NCBI GenBank assembly: GCA_043228905.1
Contig: JBHGNT010000018.1
Location: forward strand, 2,542,001-2,606,000
Reading direction: 5' to 3'
DNA length: 64,000 nt
Origin: Azolla caroliniana
Taxonomy: Eukaryota > Plantae > Polypodiophyta
Shown: positions 1 through 11,800 of the stretch, piece by piece
How the letters are laid out: every line of letters starts with the position of its first letter
Numbering within the stretch: position 1 is the stretch's first letter
Position numbers and translations under genes: made by a program
Notes under the pieces: generated by a model
What the model was told of the DNA's origin: nothing
What the model saw: only the letters and a program-made list of their open reading frames with translations
The model's database searches: none

Positions 1-908
1 GTGATCAACACCTCAAAGGTACATGGTGGCACAATTGGGTGTGAGTCATAGTGGTTCGGGTATGTTGAACCCTGTTGACTTACAAAGATTCTTTGATGGC
101 AACACAATTGGACAAGTCATGATTGTGAGGAGAGCGTGAAGTTTGATAATACGCTTGGTGATTGGCATGATGTGCAAATGTTGCATGCTGCATATGATAT
201 AGAGTAGCAGCAAAAGATACAGTCAGAAGGGAGGATTTGTGTCAGCTAGATTTAAGAACCCTGAAAACATAAAGAGATACAGGCATTTCTGGGGAACCAA
301 TCTAGGCCAAATACTTCCAGGATTCTAATGTTTCATGGAGACATGGAATAGCAAAATATGACAGCGATTCAATCTGGCCCAAGTACTTCCTTGATCTTAG
401 CGTCTCATGGAGGCGCTGAATACCCATACAGTTCATCAAGAGGGAATGGTCTTACATACTGAAAATTCATTGCAGCCTTCTTTGCCATTTCACGGTCATA
501 ATCCATTTGCGCACGTAAATAGGTTTCACATACATGGTGGGTTGGCAAGTAGACTTTGTGACATACGCTAGATTCTGCCATATCCGCAATCTGGTCTTCC
601 AGCTTACACATCATCCATGCCATAGTTTTCCATGAGGGAAAGTATGTGCTACTACTATGATATAATTGAAGTGTAATGTCATTTGAAGCAATGGTTGGGA
701 TTCCAAGTAAGTCTTGATACTATGCCCAGAGGAAAGAACCACAAGATTTGTTGAGCCACATGTCCACGTCATAGATGACATTCCTTCTTTCATCATAGTT
801 AGTCAAAGAAAACCATATCTGGGAGGTTTGGCTGGAATGGCGCAAGTTAGGAGTATGTGTTGAATTGAAAATGGTAATGCTATTACTGAAAACTGACTTC
901 ACTGGCAG

Positions 909-3155
909 GAACCTAGCATTAGTCAGAGCCGATGTGGCTAGACTTCCTTTTGCAACAGGAACAGTTGATGCTGTTCATGCAGGTGCTGCTCTTCATTGTT
1001 GGCCTTCACCTCTATCTGGGGTAAGCTTTGATTGAGAATTAACTTTATCTAATGTACTACACTGGCAAAAAATAATCATTACTGTATGTCTTAGTTCTTT
1101 GATTTATTCTGGTCTATGTAATTTCTGTTTGAAATACGGAGTAGGCTTGTGAAATGGAGCCTACTTTGTTAAACTTCTCTGTATCTGATTCATAAAGGAG
1201 GGGATGCTTATTTTGCAAGTCGTTACCCTCCCCTATTAGGGGAAATTCTCAAATTTAATTCAGGGTTAGCCAGTGATTAAGAAAGAACACTAGCATAAAG
1301 ATAGTCTGTTATTTCTCGATAAGCATGAAAGAGAATAACCAAAGGAAAGTGAGAAGAGGAACTCCACAAGGGCTTCTCGAAGTATATTTAAGAGGAATCT
1401 ATTACAGATATTTACATCTTTCTCTCTGTGTCTCTGTGTCTCTTACACACACACCATCAATGAGGGATGGAGGCCATACAATTTATACAATAGTCTTAGT
1501 TTGTAGCCAACCTAGGGTTCACATATTTCCCCATTTATCCAGCTTCATCCCAAGGCAGTGGGTGTTACTAAAACCATTTGGGCATTAGATTACTTCGTTA
1601 ACATAAGCAGCGGTATGTGCAATGATAAATGTCATGTTTTATACCGCCCTTCTGGTAATTTGAGAAACTTCATTTCAACTGTTTTTCTCTCTTTTTAATT
1701 TCAATTGTTTCTCTCCTTTAGAAACTAAAATTTATTTTACAGGTAGCAGAAATCAGTAGAATCCTAAGACCTGGTGGGGTTTTTGTGGCAACCACATTTT
1801 TGTCTCCAATCACAGATTTGCAAATCGATGCACTCAAACCTTTTCAACAGGTTTGGTCTCATAGCCCATTTGGCCTCTTCAAGACGTTAATATATATTTC
1901 TTTCTTTCTTTCTCTTATCTGGGTATTTTTTACCTCTTAAGTCGTTCATATGCCCCTTCTTTCTCTTATGAGTATTTTTTACCTCTTAAGACATTCATAT
2001 ACCTCTTTTTTAGGATTTGTTATATCAAATGAAGAGCTTTGAAATACCCTTGAGTTTTTCTCTTTATTCCCCTAACCGGGAATGGTCAGGAAATAAAGAC
2101 ACAAAAGTACAATGAAATGGAATCACTGCAAGAACTCTATATATGAAAATAGAAAATAGAAATGGAAGTGTCGAAATAGAAAAGGAATGGATGAGATGTA
2201 TGTGAATCACAGGGGAACAAACCGACTTCATCTCCAATAGGTGTGCCCAAAAGTGTGGTTAGTGGAGAAAAAGCCCTTCCAATCAGTGAGCGGATATCAT
2301 TCTATCCATAAAAAGAAAGACATTGTGTTACCTAGAAAAATAAAGACTGCTTCATAATGTTGATAAGGCATAGCCATTCTTTACAGACCCCTCTTGCTAT
2401 TTGTCCACTAAAATCTAATCTGTTGCTATCCCATCTGAATTGTTTCATGTGTTCAGCTTTATGTATTTTACAATTATTTAAAACCAATATATATTAATAC
2501 TACATAGATGCTTGTATCTGTAGTATTCCCCCCAATCTTTTTGAGTGACTGAAGCATTTTCTAGTGATTGATATTGAAAGTTACTACATCCACATGAAAG
2601 TGGTGTCTCCAGCTTTGTTTCGAATGGTTGATGTGTATAGCTAGCTCTCCACCCAAGGTTTTTGAATTATCTCTCCCAGAATTCCACATTTGGACTGAAT
2701 ATGCTCTTCTTCGCAACCAGATCCTAGGGTCAATAGGTCTTAGAATCTGTTGTATATATTATATATCATATCTTTCTCTTGTTCATCCATATCTCCCAAC
2801 TTCATTGTGACAATGTGAAGCTTTAATGTGTCAAGTAACAGTGTTAGTATCAGTTTGGTATCTTCAGTCACTTCTGCTTCCTCCATGGCTTTTCAAGTAA
2901 TATGACCACAAAGAGTGAAGCTGTATAGTCCAGCTTTGTGGTGGTGAAAATTCAAGTAATTGAAAAAGATGCATAATAAAAATGATTCACTTATGTTATA
3001 TCCAGGCTTACCGGAGGGCAACATCCTCATCTTCGCTCAGATATTGGTTGGAGTCAGAATTAGAAGAGATTTGCACAGTATGTGGCCTTATTGACTACAA
3101 GAAGATACGGCGGAATAACTTCATAATGCTATGTGCATCCAAACCATTGAACTAG
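909..3155 (+). CDS. 3' part (last 3 exons) of a UbiE/COQ5-type SAM-dependent methyltransferase (At2g41040/At1g78140-like, probably plastid); 5' exons lie outside the window
   Basis: GT-AG exons 909-1020, 1743-1850 and 3006-3155 splice in frame to NLALVRADVARLPFATGTVDAVHAGAALHCWPSPLSG / VAEISRILRPGGVFVATTFL... / ...LEEICTVCGLIDYKKIRRNNFIMLCASKPLN*, which are Methyltransf_11-type motifs. Confidence 0.9.
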
Positions 3156-3755
3156 AAGAAGAATATATCAGCAAAGGAATCACTATTTGTGTGGTCATAT
3201 TGTTGTATAGAATGTAAATGTAAATTTATGTTTTTCTTAAATAACATCTCTTATTTGACCATGATGGAAATGTATGTAAAGTATTTTTAAAATGTGAAGT
3301 ATATCTTTTGTTTGACAATCATGAGAACACAGCAACAGAAAATTATGCCTCTAAAGACAAACAGGCTTTCATTTAAAGAACAAAGATCTTCTGGGAAAGT
3401 AAAATCTCCATGTTTCACGGACTAAATAATTGTTAAAAAATGTAACTAAGTTTTTATGAATATTCATTCTTTTTCCTTATGTCAATCATCATTTCTTTAG
3501 GTTCTTGTAAGTTCCACATATTCAACTAAGTTATGCTAGTATTCTCAAGTCCAAACAAAGTTTCGTCGTCAATATCGTTTACATGGCTATAACTTCTGAA
3601 GAAATCTTATTATTTTTCAAAGCAGATTATTCTTCTGATACGAAAAATGTAATTTTTCTTTTTAGGAGAACAAAAAGCAATGTTTATTTTATTTTTATCT
3701 AAAATTATTACTTATGTAACATTTCAAAGACCGATCATATTACAAAATTTCACTT

Positions 3756-6708
3756 CTAGCATTGCCATAAAGGAATGAGCTGAGAAATGCTTTTAGAAGC
3801 AACCCACAAAAGAGTACTATTATTATGTTCACAAGATGACCACATGACCATGTTTGCATCATAACCTAAATGACCTCTGCTAATAGCTTTGCCTGTCTCT
3901 ACAGAATACAAGGAAATAGCATTAGATCCTTGTCCAGGACTAGCAACCACACTACCCTGATCTACAAATGTGGGTCTATAAATGTGAGAACATTTTTGCA
4001 ACTTAGGATCGATATGACCATGTAACTTGTGGAGGAATTCCTTAGGGTTTCGGATGTCGTAAAGAGAGATATATGGATCTTTGCTTGCTGATAAAAGAAG
4101 GTATTCTCGCGAAGGGCACCATTCAACCACATTCACTCCAGTTGCATTGTTTGTGTCTATGGAGAGAACAAAAGGCTCCGAGAGGCGTATGTCCAATACG
4201 CATATCAACCCATCAGCTCCACAATCAGCTATAATGTTTTCATTCCTATGGACATATCAGCAAGGAAGTAGATTGAGCAAAATAAATAAATAAAACGATC
4301 GGGTATTGTCCAAAAATAATTTTTTCTTTGATAAGGAAACAATATATACTCATCAACCTTAAACCCATAATATTACTATTTGTGAACCATACTTGAATCT
4401 TGACATCTCTCCATGTTTCTGAGGTTAGAACCCTTAAAGACTTATATATATAGACATCGTCTACTAGTAAAATATCAATAAGACATACAGAAATCCAACA
4501 ACTAAATGTTTCTTAGGTGACATATACGGTTTACAGTCACATGGAGATTTTCTTATTATTAGTACCAGAATATAGTTCTATGCATGAATTTTGCGCATAT
4601 GTTTCTGAGGTTACAATAAATATACCTTTTCATAAAAGATTATTCTATTAGTAGTAGTACTCAAACTTAGTTCTAAACATTAATGTTTCCGAGGTTGAGA
4701 CCCAAAAAAATCTATATAGAAGATAATCTTATTGGCAATAGTATCAAAATATAGTTCTAAGCATAAAATGTGTCTGACATCGGATCAATAAAAAAAAATT
4801 GCAGTGAGCTTTTTACTAGTAGTATTGCCAAAACATATATACTATGCATAAAAGTTTCCAAGGATGATAGAGAACTTAATAATAGTTGTAGCAAAATCTG
4901 CTTCGATGCATAAATGGCTCAAACATAGATTAAAACAAAAGTTAGTTTAATGAGAGTTGAGTGAGCTTACCTAAAGTTTACACATCGGATTGGTCCAGAA
5001 TGATGGCCACAGATAGATCTCTCCAGTACAATCCCTTGGTTAGCAATATTACTGTACCCAATCGTTGAGTCTTTAGAAGCAGTGGCTATATGACCAGCTA
5101 CCTCGTCCATCGAGAATATTCCATTCGAATGAATATTCGGCGCTTCAGTAACCTTGAGGGGGGGTGTACCTCGGGTGCTAGAATGTGCTAGTTTTTGTTG
5201 CTTGTTCACATCCCATAGCACTAGTCTCCCATCATTGGCACTGGATAATACAAGCATAGAATTCTCCTGTCATAGCTCGTGGCATAAGAAAATATTTCCT
5301 ACACATGTATAATAAGCGAAATGATCACTTAACATAGATAATATGAGAGGTTAGAGTTCAAGCAACACACCCTAGCATGCGAAGTGATGAACTTGACACC
5401 TGAAATCCATCCATTCCCACCCTTCCATGACATCAAAGATCCCGAGTCATCGGATGCATCCACTACCCTGGTCTCTGAACAATTTGAATCTTGGGTAATC
5501 ATGTTAGTTCCAAATATGGCGATTTGACCTTGATGTCCACCCGCAGAAAGTAAAGCTCGATGACCACCGTGGAGTGGAAAGCATATATCCATTGTATAGA
5601 TCCTGGTTAAACGCATGTCTTGAAGAAACCTACCTGATGATTTGAACCCTAGAATGTTCCTGGATTCTGACTTTGACAAGGTAGAATCAATCTCGGAATC
5701 GAATTTGGTAGTATCCACTGCTTTGCTGCAAGTGTACTTGAGAACAGATGAATCGTCATAAAACATAATCGCATCTTCTCCTGTATACTCATCAATTTGG
5801 GATACTTTACACTGTCTCTTAGTAGGTGTAGCATCAATACCAACATTGGCATTGAGCTCTGCAGAATCATCATGATGCAATCTTCTACTTCGACGAAGAG
5901 GCAGCGATGATGGGCAGACAATTGCAGACATTGTTGCCTTACGCTTGGGCAGAGATTTAGATTTTAAGTTGGGGCAATCTTTCACATCGTTTGTAAGGAT
6001 GCCTAAGGAAGAGATGCCGAGCTTTTCGAGTAAAATGCGATTCCGGCGGACATTCTCCTCCCTCACTTTCTCATACTCAGTAGTGGCAGCAATTGCTGTA
6101 GTATTAGCAGTCGAATTAGGATTAGTGTTAGGATTAGCATTGGCATTAGAATGGGAAGGTTCGTGCTCCTCTTCTTCGGAAGCCAGAATTAAGCCTTTCT
6201 TACCTCGTCTAATCTTGGAGGAAGAGTTATGTTCTCTTTCCAGATAGCATTGATTCTCATTTTTAAGCTTGAAAAATGAGTTGCCTTCCCTCTCAACATC
6301 GCATCGATTCTCACTTTTGAGCTTCAAAACAGATGTATTCTTTCCCAGCCCTAGATGGGATTCATTCTCTACAATTTCATTACTTTTCATCTCGCTGTGC
6401 ATCATATTCTTATCTATGCATACATAATCCTCGCCATTTACGGGTTTAACGACATCTAAGCTTACCTCTGTTGCATCAAAAGGATCCTGTTTATTAATAT
6501 CTTGACAAGAAGAACCTCCTGTTTTCTTCTGTGAAGAAATCTCTTCTTGCTCTCTCGACGAAGGGAACTCCTCTGATTCTTTAATCTGAGAAGAAAACCC
6601 TGTTGTTTTTCCATCTTCTGGATTTAGGATTTCTAGAGGAAGAGGAGTGTGCGATTTCCGCGATGGTTTTGAGAAGAAAGAAACGATGGAAATCTGTTTG
6701 AAGCTCAT
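3756..6708 (-). CDS. WD40-repeat protein, WDR76/Cmr1-like (about 707 aa, 3 exons)
   Basis: Exons 6708-5371, 5266-4971 and 4245-3756 have GT-AG boundaries and consistent phase. Contains TEYEKVREENVRRNRILLEKLG (WDR76/Cmr1 N-terminal helix), a PLRRSRR basic patch, and WD repeats (SSANDGRLVLWD, SASKDPYISLYDIR). Confidence 0.82.
4410..4915. repeat. Degenerate ~84-93 bp tandem repeat in WD40 intron 2
   Basis: An ATGTTTCYGAGGTT-like core recurs at ~4413, 4506, 4599, 4683, 4768 and 4852. Confidence 0.6.
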
Positions 6709-7181
6709 CGACACTGGTTCTTTTTCCTTTGCTCTTATTCTTGCTCAGCACCGTTCATTTGCAGTTCTCTCAGCTCACTTCTTCTTCGTCATCTTCTCAG
6801 TCGCCATCGCCGGACAGGGAGGGAGAACAGAGATCATCTCCGAAGGCTCTGAGGATATGGCGGGAAACACGATTTGCAGGTTTCACACTTGTCCGGACAG
6901 AGCAGAAATGTTTCATTATTTCCCAAAAATGCCCCCTCCCCTATTTCTTATTATTTCCCCAAATACCCCCCTCCCTTATTGTTCATTATTTCCCGAGATG
7001 CCCCTCTACTTTCATTATCTTAGTCGAACATAAACCCATGTCAAGTAGCACACTATATAATTGTGAAGAAATCGAGAACCGATGGCCTACCGATTCCTTG
7101 AATAGTGCATATATAGTTTATCCCATCGGGGCCATTCGGCTAACCAAGAGCATATGGAGATATAGAGAAGAACAAATAGCC

Positions 7182-7185
<4 letters not shown>

Positions 7186-7212
<27 letters not shown>
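7186..7212. repeat. (AC)n microsatellite
   Basis: Read directly from the sequence. Confidence 0.9.
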
Positions 7213-7216
<4 letters not shown>

Positions 7217-8323
7217 TGATGCATCTTTTCAATTAGCATCTAACAATATTATCTGAAAAAATAGTTTAATCTGAGTAGTATGTGTTTTGTATAAAAGTTA
7301 TTGTAGTAAAATAGAACTAAGATGTACATAAAGGCGAGACAATCGTTGATGTTATCCCCCCTTGATTCTTGTTGTGGTTTTTTCTTGTGCCAATTGACCA
7401 CTGCGCAACAAAATAGAAAATTTCCATACCAATGGCTCTTTTTAGTCGCGGACATGATTCACATTACCACAATGATAAGAAAGAAAAGCACTTTATGATT
7501 ACCAATACATACTCTCGGTGTGGTTACTTTTTTATTCTACCATAGACATGTTTTTTAGTCCACCATGCTACCGACTTCAAATTTAACTAACTCATGTATG
7601 TGAGCCCAAATCTCATTAACCATAGACGTCAATGCAAGTAGGATTAAACTAAAGACACCAATACCAAAGGTAGTCGAATACCACTTGATATGATGGAGCA
7701 AAAACCCACTTAGAGTGAACATTAATCACCTTGATGGTGATCTCTCTTTGTTTTGTTTTCGTGAAAAGGGGGTGCAGCTTTTACAAAAAAAACATATTGT
7801 TGTCCTTACTAAAATAGTGATGATCATGTGGTAATGTGTTGATACCCATCCTCTAAGGTGTTGAGAGACTACTAGACATAAAGACAACTTCTTGAATATT
7901 GGCAAAACTGTCAATTCAATTTTCCACATACGTACATGTTATGGTATTCCATGGAGACCGCCAAATAAGAATCTATTTGCCACATCCCAATTGTACCATG
8001 CACATGGCTTTATGTGATGGGGAGGGTAAATCTCGTGCTCCCTGTAGTCAAAACATGTAAAAGGCTAGGCTTCTAATATGTATGGTAGTGGAGAGACCCA
8101 CTAAGACCTTGACAAAAGTATTTTAATTCACGATGACCGATGCATGTTTCAGAAACACATATTTTAGACAAAAACTCATGATCAAAATTGGGAAGCATCA
8201 GGTGAAAACACTTGGTGCATGTGTGTTGCTCACTTGCTTGATTATATATAGCAAACACGAAATAGCTTTTGAAGAGGAGCTCTTTTCAGTGAGGTGAGGT
8301 GGGTGCTCTAACTTGGCCGAAAA

Positions 8324-8659
8324 TAGGAATTGGCAATGGGTCGGTTTTGGCATTTTCCAAACCAAGCCGATTAAGCCTGAACCATATTGGTAGTTTTCAA
8401 ACTTGAAACAAACCGGCTCCTAAATCGGTTTAGGATCCGATTTAATGAAACCAATTAGCCTTAATCGGTTTGGGAACCAGTTTAGCCCAAAAGGGTTCGG
8501 TTCGACTTGAGCCATCCCAAATCAAGCTCAAACCAAGGTCAAGCCTGAACAGTACCGAACCAAACCGCCAAATTGTTAAAACACGGTTTAATGGCTAAAC
8601 AATACCTGAACCGAACCGCCAAATAGTTCAGGCTTGAGCCGAGCCGTTGATGACTCCTA
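8324..8659. mobile_element. hAT-like MITE
   Basis: Imperfect TIRs TAGGAATTGGCAATGGGTCGG / CCGAGCCGTTGATGACTCCTA; interior packed with AACCG/CGGTT subterminal motifs; 8-bp TSD degenerate (GCCGAAAA vs AGGCAAAA). Confidence 0.6.
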
Positions 8660-8888
8660 AGGCAAAAAACTGAAGAGTAGAGAAAAGTAAATAGTAAGGA
8701 ATGAGAGATCCCCATGGGCATTCCAGGAAATAAAGAAAAATCCGAGCCTTTTGATTTATGACCGTTTGGCCTTTCCAAAAGGGCAGGCCTCGAATTTTTG
8801 AAATCCTGCGCTTGTTTTTTGCTCATAGAAGCACAGGCACAGACACACGCAGAATCAGAGAGAGAAACAGAAAAACAGAGACAAAGAT

Positions 8889-11800
8889 ATGAAGGATTTC
8901 GATCTCCCTCATCGCACTCTCCGTTTCAAGGCTTCCATGGATCCTCCTCTTCCTCCCCCTGTTTCATCTCGACCCATCCGTTGGAGGAAAGGAGAGCTTA
9001 TCGGAGCAGGCGCATTCGGCAGTGTTTATATGGGCATGAATCTCGACTCCGGAGAGCTTCTCGCTGTTAAACAGGTTGGATTCCACTTCTTTCTTTCTTC
9101 CTCTGGTTTTTCTAGATAGGTATGTATGTATGTGTGATGACACGGGCATATATACCTGCGTATGTATGCATACATGCATAGAATCTCAAGCTTTTTGATT
9201 GATCCACAGATAAGAAATATGTTTGTAAGCAATTTTTACGGTTCCTTTGTGTCGGGGACATTGAAAATAGATGAAGACTTTTTGCATTATTTCTGAAGAT
9301 TTTGATTTGTGATCCAAGAAGATATAGCATTTTTGTACAGTGGATTGGCGAGCAAGTGGAAGAAAAATGCCCTGAAGCATTTCAGGGTTGCTCTGTGATT
9401 CGAATTGTAAAATGATGAATGTATATTCACATTCTTCTTGAAGGTCTCACTTGCTATTAAGGAATATCTACTTCTGATTTCGTTTGATTGACCAATCTCC
9501 CTGGACATCAGAGCAAGGTTCTCAAGAAAAATGTCGAAATGTATTTTTCCAGTTCCAATTTGGCAGAATTAATTGTCAATAGTCATGTTGGAAATTGGTA
9601 AATGGTTACCTTGAGCAGTCAAATTTTAAATCTCATACATGCGTGCACACACACACACACACTCCTCATCACAATCGACGAGTTCAAACATTCCAGAATG
9701 CCAGTTGTGTTGTTTGTTGGGGCCTAATTGGTAAACATAGCATTTAGAGTTTTCTGGAAATGTGGCTCAATGTCAAGGTTTGATCTACGGAGTCATTTAT
9801 CTTGAAAAGTATCTCGTCAGTTGAGTAGAGATTATTACAGAGATTTCAGTTATTCAATACATCATCATTGCTTTGTTGATTGCTACCTGCTATGTTGAGA
9901 TCACATTAGCATTAACATGGAAAATTAGGCTCCTTATCATGAAAACCGTTTCAAGTAGCATTATTTTACTCATGGATGCATCACTCTATTTTTCTTGACT
10001 GCCATTAATCTACAGCAGTTGAGCAGGGGACTAATACAGAGATTTTTAATTGGTAAATATTTTGTCTCAGAAATGATGCTATCAGCCATGTTGAAAATGA
10101 GTCAATAAGAAAATGACAGAATTAGGTCTCTTAGACTGACATTATTGTTCTTGATAGTCACAATGTACCTGCTTGATGCAATTTGCTCGAATCTAGCAGT
10201 CATTGTAAATTGTCATTTATAGGGCCACTTTAATCACCCAAGCACACTTTGATACTGAGTTATTGTTTTAAACTTGCTCTATACCACAAAAACTCAGGTA
10301 ACCTCTTTTCTTTTAACTTCTCAGGTCCTTATTGCTGCTAATAGTGTTGCCAAGGATAAGGCTCAGGTAATCTTCTCAAGAGATACTGAAATATTCTATT
10401 GTCATATAAATCTAACATCAAACTAACCATCTGTCTGAACTCAAACCAAAAGGCTCATGTGAGGGAGCTTGAAGAGGAATTGAAGTTGTTGCAAAACCTT
10501 TCACATCCCAACATCGTGGTTAGTATTTTGACTTTATGCTTGTTCTATTTGTAACTAGGTTTAGGAAAAACTACATTTTATAAGTTGTTTCATGGTGATA
10601 ACTTGTCATACCAGAGATATTTAGGCACTGCAAGAGAAGATGATGCACTCAACATATTTTTGGAATTTGTTCCTGGAGGATCTATTGCTTCACTTCTTGG
10701 AAAGTTTGGGTCGTTTCCTGAGGCAGTAAGTTATTAAGTCTATGTTAAAGATTTGCTTCAGCAAAACAAATAATATCTAAGAATGCTTACAGAAACATTT
10801 ATTTTTCCACAGGTGATCCGTATGTATACAAGGCAGCTATTGCAAGGGCTGCAATATCTTCATAAGAATGGTATCATGCATCGTGACATCAAGGTTAGTT
10901 TTTAATGTTTAAACTTTAACAATTGGAGCTTCTAGCAAATTGTGATCAGATGCCAGATAGAGAAATGATTTTATCTGTATGTTGCAGGGTGCCAATATAT
11001 TGGTTGACAATAAAGGTTGCATCAAACTTGCTGATTTTGGTGCATCAAAGCAGGTTGTGGAGTTGGTGAGTCTCTTTGATATGCGAAATGTATGCATATT
11101 TGTGTAAATCGGCATCTTTCCTTAAGAATATCTCACCTTTTTTTTGTAAAAAATGCCATGCTATATAGCACCTTCTAAACTCTTATCCGGACAGGTCACA
11201 TTATCAGGAGCAAAATCGATGAAAGGAACTCCATACTGGATGGCTCCTGAAGTCATCAGACAGACAGGACATGGCTTGTAATTTTCTCATACTTTTCTCA
11301 ATCCTTTTTCCTAAATCTTCATAATCTGAAATCCTATTTATTCCCAGACCAGCAGATATATGGAGTGTTGGTTGTACCATAATAGAAATGGCTACTGGAA
11401 AACCTCCCTGGAGTCAACAGTTTCAAGAGGTAATCTCTTTATTTGTGCATTTGGTGATCATTTGGTAATGGTAAATATAAAGGGAGTAGTTGATATATTT
11501 ATGAATTGAGTTGCTTTAGGTTGCAGCCCTCTTTCACATTGGGACAACAAAATCACATCCTCCCATACCTGAGCATCTTTCATTGGAGGCACAGGATTTC
11601 CTCTTGAAATGTCTGAAAAAGTAAGTTTTTCCAGTATCTCAAATGAGTTAAGAATGTTTTTTATCCCAATTAAGCTTGATTTTATGGCTTTTTTCAGGGA
11701 ACCCCATCTTCGACCAACTGCTACAGAACTTCTTGAAGTATGCATGTATTTCAGCCTATTTCATTTTCTGTTTGTTTTTTTAGAGAATGTTTACTTATGA

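Noticed and set aside
6647-7256. Plus-strand ORFs of 128 and 175 aa
   Set aside because: Overlap the WD40 5' end and promoter, low complexity, and one runs through an (AC)n tract.
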